This document shows positions 1 to 16,066 of a stretch of 64,000 bases of DNA, in pieces. The notes below the pieces were generated by a model that was not told where the DNA came from, did no database searches, and saw only the letters and a list, made by a program, of their open reading frames with translations. Where the stretch lies: assembly GCA_002269645.1 (NCBI GenBank), contig NIVC01000504.1, positions 124,001 through 188,000 on the forward strand. The letters are read 5' to 3'. Each line of letters starts with the position of its first letter. The stretch's first letter is position 1. Both the position numbers and the translations under genes were made by a program. Origin of the DNA: Macrostomum lignano. Lineage: Eukaryota.

Positions 1-856
1 GTCAGCTACCCCTGACCCATTATTGAGTATTGAGTCAGCTACCCCTGACCTACTAATGAGTAAGCTCTTACTGAGCTAGCTTAAAAGTGCATTAAAAAAA
101 ATATTTTGTAATAAAGAATGGCTAATCAGAAAACACAATATTATTCAATAAAGATGCATTCATTTCATAGTTTTAATCGTGCAAAATTATATCATTTAAA
201 AAAATTATAATAACGCTCATATGAAATAGATTAAGCAATAAATCTAGAACTAACAAAATTATCGATGGATTTCAATAATTAATTAATGAGCTAATTTTGA
301 TACCTGGGCATAGAGTGTTTGACAGGTCAGTGTTTAGCAAATTAAATGAAACAAATAAACGCAAAATAGCAAACGATTTTTAAAAACAAATTTACTAATA
401 ATAACAATTATAAGCATTAAGTAGCGATTAGCGATAAAGCCAGAAGCACAGCCAATGTACTAATAAAAAATAAATATTGTTTCCTTATAAATAAATTCAA
501 CTGACCAGTCCAAACATAGCTGAATAATAAAATCCAGACTACACTACTGCTCAAATCCGAAATCAGTAGTAGGCAACGACGAATATTGTAGTGATTTATT
601 TGGAAAATTGGCGCAGAAACTAACAGAAAATGAAACAAAGACTAACGCACATTCTGCATAAAGACTTTGATTTTAAAGTGGGCATAGGGAGGGGCGCGAA
701 AGGCAGTACTTGCGGTGGAAGCAATAGAATTAGAATTAGAAATTAATTATTAGTTTACTAAAGTTGATTTGAGGCACTGGATTAAAATTGCAAACAATTT
801 AGTTTTGAAACTATTGATTCTTTAGCATAAAATGTTAACACACTAGTTACTAGTTA

Positions 857-1375
857 CTAGAAGAATGGGGACTCCTCAATGAAGAATGGGGACTGTTCAG
901 TAAAGAATCCGGACTTCCCAGTAAAGAATCGGGACTACTCAGAAAGAATCGTGGCTCCTCAATGAAGAATCGGGACTCCTCAGTAAATAATCAGGACTCC
1001 TCAGTAAATAATCGGGACTCCTCAGTAAATAATCGGGACTCCTCAGTAAAGAATCGGGACTCCTCAGTAAAGAATCGGGACTACTCAGAAAGAATCGGGG
1101 ATCATCAATGAAGAATCGGGACTCCTGACTAAAGAATCGGGACTCCTCAATGAAGAATTGGGACCCCTCAATGAAGAATCGGGGCTCATCAATGAAGAAT
1201 CGGGACCCCTCAGTAAATAATCGAGACTCCTCAATGAAGAATCGGGGCTCATCAATGAAAAATCGGGACACCTTAATGATGAATTGGGACCCCTCAATGA
1301 AGAATTGGCATTGGCACCCCTCAATGAAGAATCGGGGCTTATCAATGAAGAATCGGGGCTCTTCAAACGAGAATT
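857..1375. repeat. 21-bp minisatellite
   Basis: Unit approx CCTCAATGAAGAATCGGGACT; explains ORFs 939..1377. Confidence 0.95.
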
Positions 1376-1518
1376 GAAACGGGAAAGTTAATAAGCAGTA
1401 ACCGGCACACTTTAAAAGTCAGAACTTTATAAGAACATTTAGCCGTCAGAAAATTGCAGGTTATAAAAATCCGATTTGACCAGTGCTTAAGCCGCTAATT
1501 AACTACCGATAACAGAAG

Positions 1519-4500
1519 TCAGTGAGCAGTGCCACCAGGTACCAGAGTGCGCAACTGCTTGAGCACAACCTCAGTCTCCTTGCGCTGCTTGCTACGGAAA
1601 TTAGCCAAAAAGCTGCCCTTGCGCCGGTCGAATTCTCGAACTTTCTCCAACAGCTGCACAGCCTTGGAGACGGTCACTCGATCGTAGCGGCTCCTCGGAC
1701 CAGTCTGGCACTCGCGCAAAAACACATGCCAATCGTTGCTGACAACCAGGCGCAACAATTGACTCAATTCTTCGAATGCCATGCACAGGGTCTCGGGTTC
1801 GAGTCCTGGCACCGGTGAATTAGTAGCGAACGCTTTACAACAGGCGATATCAGATGAGAGCTGCAGTAGTACAGCTGGGCCTATCGACCGGACCTGAGGA
1901 TCCATCACCAGGCCTAGCAGCTCCTCATGTACGTGCTTGCACGAGATTAGGCAGGCTGTTTGAGCCACCTGAAATTCAAAATTAAAAATTAGTATGAACT
2001 ACTTTTTGTAAGCAGTTAGATGCAATAAATATCACATTTTTTTCATAATTCAGCTGCATCCCTAAGTCTACATAGAGCAGTCCCTTTAGTCTAGATTGAG
2101 CAGTCCCATTAGTCTAGATTGAGCAGTCCCATTAGTCTAGATTGAGCAGTCCCATTAGTCTAGATTGAGCAGTCCCATTAGTCTAGATTGAGCAGTCCCA
2201 TTAGTCTAGATTGAGCAGTCCCATTAGTCTAGATTGAGCAGTCCCATTAGTCTAGATTGAGCAGTCCCATTAGTCTAGATTGAGCAGTCCCATTAGTCTA
2301 GATTGAGCAGTCCCATTAGTCTAGATTGAGCAGTCCCATTAGTCTAGATTGAGCAGTCCCATTAGTCTAGATTGAGCAGTCCCATTAGTCTAGATTGAGC
2401 AGTCCCATTAGTCTAGATTGAGCAGTCCCATTAGTCTAGATTGAGCAGTCCCATTAGTCTAGATTGAGCAGTCCCATTAGTCTAGATTGAGCAGTCCCAT
2501 TAGTCTAGATTGAGCAGTCCCATTAGTCTAGATTGAGCAGTCCCATTAGTCTAGATTGAGCAGTCCCATTAGTCTAGATTGAGTAGTCCCATTAGTCTAG
2601 ATTGAGCAGTCCCATTAGTCTAGATTGAGCAGTCCCATTAGTCTAGATTGAGCAGTCCCATTAGTCTAGATTGAGCAGTCCCATTAGTCTAGATTGAGCA
2701 GTCCCATTAGTCTAGATTGAGCAGTCCCATTAGTCTAGATTGAGCAGTCCCATTAGTCTAGATTGAGCAGTCCCATTAGTCTAGATTGAGCAGTCCCATT
2801 AGTCTAGATTGAGCAGTCCCATTAGTCTAGATTGAGCAGTCCCATTAGTCTAGATTGAGCAGTCCCATTAGTCTAGATTGAGCAGTCCCATTAGTCTAGA
2901 TTGAGCATTCCATCAGTCTAGATTGAGCAGTCCCATTAGTCTAGATTGAGCAGTCCCTTAGTCTAGATTGAGCAGTCCCATTAGTCTAGATTGAGCAGTC
3001 CCATTAGTCTAGATTGAGCAGTCCCTTAGTCTAGATTGAGCAGTCCCATTAGTCTAGATTGAGCAGTCCCATTAGTCTAGATTGAGCAGTCCCATTAGTC
3101 TAGATTGAGCAGTCCCATTAGTCTAGATTGAGCAGTCCCATTAGTCTAGATTGAGCAGTCCCATTAGTCTAGATTGAGCAGTCCCATTAGTCTAGATTGA
3201 GCAGTCCCATTAGTCTAGATTGAGCAGTCCCATTAGTCTAGATTGAGCATTCCATCAGTCTAGATTGAGCAGTCCCTTAGTCCAGATTGAGCAGTCCCTT
3301 AGTCTAGATTGAGCAGTCCCTTAGTCTAGATTGAACAGTCCCTTAGTCTACACTGAGCAGTCCCTTAGTCTCTACACTGAGCAGTCCCTTAGTCTCTACA
3401 CTGAGCAGTCCCTTAGTCTCTACACTGAGCAGTCCCTTAGTCTCTACACTGAGCAGTCCCTTAGTCTACACTCTACACTGAGCGGTCCCTTAGTCTACAC
3501 TCTACACTGAGCAGTCCCTTAGTCTACACTCTACACTGAGCAGTCCCTTAGTCTACACTCTACACTGAGCGGTCCCTTAGTCTACACTCTACACTGAGCA
3601 GTCCCTTAGTCTACACTCTACACTGAGCAGTCCCTTAGTCTACACTCTACACTGAGCAGTCCCTTAGTCTACACTCTACACTGAGCAGTCCCTTAGTCTA
3701 CACTCTACACTGAGCAGTCCCTTAGTCTACACTCTACACTGAGCAGTCCCTTAGTCTACACTCTACACTGAGCAGTCCCTTAGTCTCTACACTGAGCAGT
3801 CCCTTAGTCTCTACACTGAGCAGTCCCTAAGAGGCAGCACTCACCTTGGGTGGCAGATTAGTGAAGGCGGTAAAGGTGGAGTGCAGATAGGCCATCAGAT
3901 CCGACACCCAAGCTGATGGCGGCGGCAACTGCTGCTGCAGATTCTGAGCACTCTGAGCCTGCTGTTGGCCATGATTGCCACTAGAAGTATGCCCAGCTTC
4001 GATGGGATCGTAATCCCAATCGTATTCGGCTAGGGAGATCATCTTGTTCACCTGAGATTGGTTTTTTATCGAGGAGTAATAAAGTAAGTCCCTTCGGGAT
4101 TCTCGTGCGAGATTTTTAAAAAAGGTGATTCTTAAGAGGTAAGCATTAGATCACAGGGTGAGATTCTCTAGGTAAAGGTGGGTATTAAATCTCAGGGTGA
4201 GATTCTCTAGGTAGAGGTGGGCACTAAATCTCAGGGTGAGATTCTCTAGGTAAAGGTGGGTACTAAATCTCAGGGTGAGATTCTCTAGGTAAAGGTGGGT
4301 ATTAAATCTCAGGGTGAGATTCTCTAGGTAGAGGTGGGCACTAAATCTCAGGGTGAGATTCTCTAGGTAAAGGTGGGTACTAAATCTCAGGGTGAGATTC
4401 TCTAGGTAAAGGTGGGTACTTAATATCAGGGTGAGATCTCTAGGTAGAGGTAGGTACTAAATCTCAGGTGAGATTCTCTAGGCAGAGGTGGGTACTGGAT

Positions 4501-7339
4501 CTCAGGGTGAGATTCTCTAGGTAGAGGTAGGTACTAAATCTCAGATGAGATTCTCTAGGCAGAGGTGGGTACTGGATCTTAAGTCGAGATTCTCTAGGTA
4601 AAGGTGGGCACTAAATCTCAGGGTGAGATTCTCTAGGTAGAGGTGGGTATTAAATCTCAGGATGAAATTCTCTAGAGATAGATATTAGATCTTAGGGTGA
4701 GACTCTAAAGGTATGGGTTTTAGATCTCAGGATGAGATAATCTAAGGTTGGATACTAGATCTTAAGGTGAGATTTTCTAGAAATGGACATTGGATTTCAA
4801 GGTGAGACTCTATAGGGATGGATACAAGATCTCAGAGTGAGATTCTCTAGTCGATCCTTAACTTTCAAAGAGAAGATTCTATAAAATGTTCGTATGGGGT
4901 TTCAGGTGTCTAGGATCCATCAACGCGCACCTGTTCCTTCATCTTCTCGTAGGCAAATGATTCGCATTCTGCCTGGCAGTCTTTAAACACAGCCTTGCCG
5001 TGCAGCTTGACTCCGCCGCTATCCAATCGCTGCATAGTGTACGCTTCTAAGCGATCGCAGACTTCCTCTAACGCTTCAACGTTGACAATCATTTGAATCA
5101 GCTCCGGTAGATGCAGCTCTCTTAACCGTTCTTTGAAACAGTCGCGAACTGTATAGGCTAGCAGGTCGTTAATTGCCTTGCTCAGGCTGTCCTCCAGTTC
5201 GGCGTTCGAGGTGCCCCCGGCGTCGGCCGATGCCCCGTCGTGAAAGCAAAGGCATTCGTCGACAAATTGAGCACAGGTTGAGTACACTAGGGGCACCATC
5301 TGGCTGAAGCTGGTTCTCTTTGGATAGGGCAGAGAGTCGAACTCAGCCGAGCTGAACGGGTACAGATCGAGTACTTGAGCCTGGAGCGTTGAGCAGATGG
5401 GGTAGGTGAGGGTTCTGAGTTTGAGTAAATACTAATGCTAATAAGAATAGTATACAGGGTAGTCTGTGTACTTTTTAGAGCCAATGTACATTGAGGAGCC
5501 GGGGGACAGAACCAATGTACATTGAGGAGCCGGGGAACAGAGCCAATGTACACTGACGAGTCGGGGGACAGGGCTAATGAACATTGAGACGCCAAGGGGA
5601 GAGAGCTAATGTACATTGAGGAGACAAGGGGAGAGAGCTAATGTACATTGAGTGATCAAGGGGAGAGAGCTAATGTAGATTGGGGAGCCAGTGGATAGAG
5701 CTAATGTACATTGAGAAGCCAAGGGGAGAGAGCTAATGTACATTGGGGAGCCAGTGGATAGAGCTAATGTACATTGAGTAGCCAAGGGGAGAGAGCTAAT
5801 GTACATTGGGGAGCCAGTGGATAGAGCTAATGTACATTGAGTAGCCAGAGGAGAGAGCTAATGTACATTGGGGAGCCAATGGAGAGAGCTAATGTACATT
5901 GAGTAGTCAAGGGGAGAGAGCTAATGTACATTGAGTAGACAAGGGGAGAGAGCGAATGTACATTAAGAAGCCAAGGGGAGAGAGCGAATGTACATTGGGG
6001 AGCTAGGAGAGAGGTAATGTAAATTGAGGAGCCGGCACAGAGAGAGCTTATGTACATTGAAGAGCCAGTGGAGAGAGCTAATGTACATTGAGGAGCTGTG
6101 GGGACAGCCTATGTACATTGAGGTGCCAGTGAAGAATACACACTCGCCTTATAATCCTCGGCATTCTGCAACAGCATAGCCGTATAATTATCGTCAGCAA
6201 AGATGTGCTGAAACATTGGTCGATAGTTGTCTTGCAATACGCGAAAGTACTTTGCCTGCATCTCTTTGATCAGATCGGACACGAGAGCCACTCGATAGCC
6301 ATAGGATCGCATAGCAATCAGCAACAGTTGAATGTACTTTTTAAAGTCCAACAGAGCGTCAGTATTTTCCAGCTTATCAGACAGTCTGGCGCGCACTAAT
6401 CTGGTAAGAATTTCTAAAGCATTCTGCCACAATTCGTTGAGAAATTCTCTAGTAACCATATCCGGCATAGTGTGATGCAGATTGTCTTCAACAACAAAGA
6501 AGCCGACAAACTGAGCAAAGAATTCGGCATAATTAACTCGGCTGCTGCCTAGAGGCGACATCTGCAGCATAGAGGTGCACTGGTAGCTGCGCTGGTTTCT
6601 ATAGTACTGCTGAAATCTGGCCTTCTCTCCTAACACTGTGTGAATATTGAGGCAGCGATAGACAGGTGAGAAATCTAATAAATCATCTATGTTGCTGCCC
6701 TCGCCATGGTCTAGGGGTTCCGAGCTGCTGCCAAGCATTGAGAAGGCTAAACCAGCCTGTTGAGCTACAAGTCTCAAGGCGATTGCACCAACTAGACGAC
6801 TCCTGTCGCCGCGGACACCAACTAGATAATCTTTCAGCTCGTTTTCGCTGGCCTCGCGAATCTGTTCACGAATTCTGGGCAGCTCTCGGCGAATGGCTTC
6901 GGTGAAAGCGTACGGAGGCAGCAGAGGAAGCAGACTGTGCTCGAGGCGTTCGAGAGTTTTCAGGGCGTGATAGGGTTGGCGACGGTTCATCTGAGCTCGG
7001 AGACGGCTGTAGGCATCCAGCACTGGCAGGCAGAGCTGCAGGCTCTCTCTGCGGATTAGCAGTGGGCGATTATCTGTGTATAAACTTTATGCAGAATGTT
7101 AGTTGTTATGAAAGGTCTTTTGAGCAATAAATGTCAGTAGAAATTCGATAGAGAAGGGAGCTATAGTACTCGTAGTTTATACAAATAGATACCGTTTGCA
7201 GAGACAGGCAGACAGACAGACAGATTCTAAGACAGACAGACAGATAGACATATACAGACAGACAGACAGACAGATGGACAGACAGACAGACGGATAGACA
7301 GACAAAAAGACACTAAGACAGACAGACAGACAGACAGAC

Positions 7340-7417
<78 letters not shown>

Positions 7418-7587
7418 GGACAGACAGACGGACAGAAAGACGGACAGACAGACGGACAGACAGACAGATAGATAGATAAATAGACAGACAGAGACAAACA
7501 GACAGACGGACAGACAGACAGACAGACGGATAGACAGACAGACGGATAGACAGACAAAAAGACACTAAGACAGACAGACAGACAGAC

Positions 7588-7636
<49 letters not shown>

Positions 7637-7637
7637 C

Positions 7638-7676
<39 letters not shown>

Positions 7677-7689
7677 AAGACAGACAGAA

Positions 7690-7733
<44 letters not shown>

Positions 7734-7749
7734 GGACAGAAAGACACTA

Positions 7750-7785
<36 letters not shown>

Positions 7786-7893
7786 GGACAGAAAGACACT
7801 AAGACAGACAGACAGACAGACAGACAGACGGACAGACAGACAGACGGATAGACAGACAAAAAGACACTAAGACAGACAGACAGACAGACAGAC

Positions 7894-7960
<67 letters not shown>

Positions 7961-7963
7961 CTA

Positions 7964-8008
<45 letters not shown>

Positions 8009-8009
8009 C

Positions 8010-8058
<49 letters not shown>

Positions 8059-8079
8059 TAGACAGACAGACAGACAGAC

Positions 8080-8124
<45 letters not shown>

Positions 8125-8679
8125 GTCAGACAGACAGACAGTCAGCCAACCCACCTAGCCGAGTCCAGATTGTGCAGAGTCTGTCCAGACTGCATGAGGT
8201 CAACGCACAGCGAGTTCAATCTGGCGCAGACTTCGTTCACCCGACTAGAAACGTCGGCCACACGGCGCTGAAGCTGCGATGCGTCAGATTTCACCTGAAG
8301 TTACAGACAAGGGAAAAGGTGTTTAATTGGGAAACTAATAAAATCCAGATAATAGTAAGCCTCATAAACAATCTGAAATCACCTGCAACAACTGCCCAAT
8401 GCTTTCAACAAAGCCTTCATAATGCAGACTGCACAGCGACTCAATATGCTGATTATGCTCTTGCACTCTAGCTCGCAATTGTTCGGAGAACTCTGTCAGC
8501 CGACTCAAGCTGTCTAACTGCAGTACTAGATTGGCAGAGTTAGCGCCGGCAGTGCTTGACTCGACTTCTTTAACAAGCAGACTGATTCGGGAAGTTTGCT
8601 GCTGCAGTTGCTGCTGCTGCTCCTGTAAAACTGTTGCCGCCGCAGTAGCAGAAGACGGCACAGTGGCAGCGGAGTCCAT
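1519..8679 (-). CDS. EXOC6: Exocyst complex component 6 (Sec15), ~814 aa, 6 exons
   Basis: Exons complement(8383..8679, 8155..8294, 6148..7048, 4931..5380, 3845..4051, 1519..1968) total 2445 nt with consistent phases. Recognisable Sec15 motifs: [45 protein letters not shown]-like, [63 protein letters not shown]. Intron 3 probably has a GC donor. Confidence 0.95.
2075..3826. repeat. 23-bp minisatellite grading into 22/24/29-bp variants (EXOC6 intron 5)
   Basis: TAGTCTAGATTGAGCAGTCCCAT changing to TAGTCTACACTCTACACTGAGCAGTCCCT. Confidence 0.97.
4150..4850. repeat. 39-bp minisatellite (EXOC6 intron 4)
   Basis: Unit TAAATCTCAGGGTGAGATTCTCTAGGTAAAGGTGGGTAC, decaying toward 4850. Confidence 0.9.
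5480..6125. repeat. Degenerate minisatellite built on GAGAGCTAATGTACATTG (EXOC6 intron 3)
   Basis: Recurrent AGAGCTAATGTACATTG every ~33-40 bp. Confidence 0.9.
7200..8145. repeat. Compound (GACA)n/(GATA)n microsatellite (EXOC6 intron 2)
   Basis: Direct inspection; source of the spurious SVCL ORFs. Confidence 0.97.
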
Positions 8680-8753
8680 TGTTGGTTAACAAAAAGCAAG
8701 CAAGAATTAACAACTACAATAAACCAGAAGAAGACAGTTAAGGACAAAAAGTT

Positions 8754-11700
8754 TCACTGCTGCAGATTGCCAGCAATGCTCTGAACTCGCTGTTCAGCGT
8801 TGCGAAGCTGGCTAATGAGTTGATCGAGACCAGCTGAGTCCAGCCTCACAGTCACCGACTTCTGTGAATGGATTATTTAGGAATATACGATTTAAGGTCT
8901 GTAGCATACTTTTGGGTTTTTACCCAAAAAGACATAAATTTTACCAAATACAAATATTTCAGTCAATAATATGCCACCTCACTACTCATCAGTAGTCAGA
9001 GACAAAGTTTAGTTAACAATTGCCAGTAGAACTAATTGATAGTTAAATGAATTCATTCTAGATAAGTTGCTATTACTCACTGCTCACTGGTGGAGCCACA
9101 TGGTATTTATTATCTAGCATTATTCCCTTTAGCAGCCCTCAACCAATAGGAATGCATCTTTACTTCCTATCCAATGAAATTCACCCAGACCAAATGCCAA
9201 CCCCATCCTTCCAAATTTGTGGGAATCTAGTTTCCTTTTCGTCAAACTTTTTGAAACTTTTGTCAAACTCTTAACTATTTGACACCCATTTGGACAAGTT
9301 TCTGTGGCATCATTGCCACCTGCGCAACACCTTTGGCAATATCCTTATTGGATAATACATTACTATAATTTCTAAGTAGTCTTTCTTGTTTGAATAGTCA
9401 AAACTAGTTTTAAAAACTTTACGTTGTTTCTTGGTTGTTAAACTTAAATATTGAAATTTTAGAAAAAACACAACATGCAAAATTAGAAGATTGCCTGATT
9501 TTTAGAGATTGGATAAGACTTCAATCTTGAATCAATATTTGAGATTTTGAATTTTTTCTCTATCAAATCTCAATTGAATCTTGATTTTAAAAAGTGCCAA
9601 AAATCTGAGATATAAAATAAAGTAAAAATAAAGAGCCCTAGGTTGAATAGGCCTACCAATCTTCTGAATATAGCATAGATTACCTAGATGTCAATTTAAT
9701 TGCATTGAATTCAATATGAATCAAATTTGTTCCAAATAACAACTCATTATAGTGTCATCCATATTAAGGGATTTAGGATTTAACCATGTTTGAAAAATAA
9801 TATACCTAAAAATTTGTGCTTTTTACAAATTAAAGGTTGTAATTTTTAATAAAAGTGCATAAAGTTTGTTTGTTTTTGAATATATATAAATCTTTATAAA
9901 GAAAACTGTTTTTTTAGTTTTTAGCTTTGTCTTATCTAAATTAAATATCTTAAAATCTCAATCAAATCTCATATCATATTAAGTCTTATAACTATATTAA
10001 GATCATATAGTATACAACCAAAAATTTAGGTGTGCATTGGCCTTGCACACCAAAATTAGGCATGCACAGCTGGCATGTGTGGTAGGTGGGGCTACCATGG
10101 TGTTTTTTTGTTTGTCCCCAGGTTTGGTCCCTTTGGTCCACCATGAGGTGACAATGATGTAGTTTCCGCCATCTCCCATTCCTAGGTTTGCCCCTTTGGC
10201 TAGTCCCACTGTTGTGCCCTCATGTGGTCTGCCCTTTTCCCGTTTGTGGTCCTTTTGTTGTGCCACCCCTGTGCTCTAATTTACTTTTGCTTAATTTTGT
10301 TAATTCTTTTTGTTTTGCCCATTTGATATGCCACTAGTGGTTTCCGATTTGGCCCTAGTGTTGGCCTCATGTATCCTAGTTGATATCCCAATTTATTTTG
10401 TTTAATATTTAATTCATGCAAAATTGTAGCATTCACTCATGTCTTCCCTTCCCTCCCTTTTCCCTCTGCTTTTCTTTTTGCCTCTCGTTTGTTTCTCCTT
10501 TTATTTTCGTGCTATTATTATCAAGTTTTGTTTGTTAATTAAGTTTGCAATCTTATAAATTATCTTAGCACCCTGGCTCGCAATTTGCTCTCTGTCACCT
10601 TGATAACAATTACTTCAACATTATTATTTTGCCATTAAACATAATAAAACATTAATTTGCTACTTAATTTACTCTTCATCCATTAATTGAAGCCTTGTTA
10701 GTCTATATTAAGTCATTTGCCCGTGGGGCATAAAATAACCAAGTTCTCAACTCAAAGAAAGTCTGAGACTTCAACATTCCATAATACATAAATTACGGTG
10801 TTGGCAGCTCTACCCTACTGAAAGTAAGCAGTTCAGCAATTTCAAGGCATAAATTCTATAGTATCAAAAGCTCTGGTACTGACTGGTATCCACCATCTGA
10901 ACGACTATACTGCTCTAACGACCGCTCTGCTACGATTACAATACCCTCCCCCCAGACTTGAGGAACCTGGCAGTTGGAGTATCAAAGGAGAAAAGTGTCC
11001 AAATATTTCTGCAAAATTTTTCTGGCTCTACGAGTGCCAAGATCATGAAGGCGGTAGTTCAAAAGTTTAGAAAACCAACCTGTCCAAAAAATTTCTTTTC
11101 TCCGCCCCTACCTCACATGTATCACTCCTGAGAAAATAGTATTCGTACATACCTGGCATGCACTTTATAGAATCATGCATAAGAGTTGTTGTAAAGTAGA
11201 AAAAAGATAAAAAAGTTAATTTCTAAGCATAAATTTTAAGTTTTCCAGTTTTTAAGCTCATGAAAAGCATTTAAACAAATCTTGGCATGTATCAATTTTC
11301 TGCTAATAAGTATCGCTGAAAAAGTATAAAAATGAACCAAATTATCTGCTAATTAGGGTCTATTATGCAATTTAAAAAAGGTTGTTTATTGAATTATTGT
11401 CACAATATAAAAAAGGTCATTTATTGTCGCAACACTAGCATATTTTTGAGAATGGGCATGCACTAATTTTTTTAGGCCTGCATTTGTACTTTTTCAATTT
11501 TTGCTTGGGCATGCACCCAGCATGATCTAGACTATGGTTCTTAGGCTTACACCAAAAATTAGCATGAATTTGTACTTAGTCTTAAGCTAGGCCCCTAGAC
11601 ATATAGTAAGAACCTAGGTTCACAAATCTAAAATAAAAATTACCTAGCTAGCATACAAGGCTTCATTCATGATACATTAAATTTTTATAAACAGTATAAC

Positions 11701-11806
11701 TGACCTGGCTGCTGGGCTGCAGAGTAAGAAGCAGAGAAGATGCCTCTTTTGAAGTGATATCTGCCTTTAGAACGTTCCAACGATACTTTGAATCTTTAGT
11801 TGCCAT
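8754..11806 (-). CDS. Small 69-aa two-exon protein, tentatively COMM-domain-like (absent from ORF track)
   Basis: complement(11705..11806) MATKDSKYRWNVLKADITSKEASSLLLTLQPSSQ ends at a CAG|GTCAGT donor, with an in-frame TAA just upstream of the ATG. complement(8754..8861) KSVTVRLDSAGLDQLISQLRNAEQRVQSIAGNLQQ* follows an ATTCACAG acceptor. Both junctions are phase 0 and both exons are GC-richer islands in AT-rich DNA. Family assignment is by eye only. Confidence 0.65.
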
Positions 11807-12420
11807 TGATTACAAATGAATATTAGTTAATTTGAACGTAGGTGACGCAGCTAATAACAATCAGAAGTAGAAGAGGAAACCATTCTTGTAAGTTAAATTG
11901 AATACAGAAGAGTAGGCCTATTATTTGCAGAAAAATATGAAAAAATGAAATGAAAACTTTACCAGTTTTGATATTTTAACAACGTTGGTTAAAGTTAAGT
12001 TTAATTTAGTCCTAGAACAATTTTTCGACTGAACAACAAGCGCTTACACAGACTGATAGATAGGGTAGGCGGAGTAGGCCTAGCACTGGCTTGGAGTTAA
12101 ATTCTCATTTTCCTGGAAAACAAAGTTTAATGTTCTAACGTATAAAACTAAAACAAAGGATATTCGTTTAAAGACAGTTTAGTGAACAAAAACGTATTCA
12201 AGTAATACAAAAAAGTTCTGCACATTTTTAATTATTGTTTATAAAAAACTAATGTGCTGTGTATTTTTTCAGATTGTGTACATTTACTACAATCTAACAT
12301 TCCAAAGGGAGGCCGAATATAAAATTTCTTAAGCTTTGAATCTTCGAGTCAGAAATCAGCAGCTCTAGTTGGAAATTTTTGATTTGAGCTCCAAGCTAAC
12401 TTCCTCTTTGTGCAAATCAA

Positions 12421-16066
<3,646 letters not shown>

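Noticed and set aside
2075-3826. Regular repeat arrays (also 14712..15740, 34893..35805, 60439..61485) as possible CRISPR arrays
   Set aside because: Units are head-to-tail with no unique spacers, there are no cas genes, and the context is eukaryotic introns.
7177-8154. Long SVCL/SIYL ORFs (also 51820..52408, 56123..56487)
   Set aside because: These are GACA/GATA microsatellites inside introns or intergenic DNA.
9490-11600. Imperfect inverted repeats (~9515-9555 versus ~9945-9990) and GGCATGCAC motifs suggesting old MITEs in the micro-gene intron
   Set aside because: Too degenerate to define termini or TSDs by eye.
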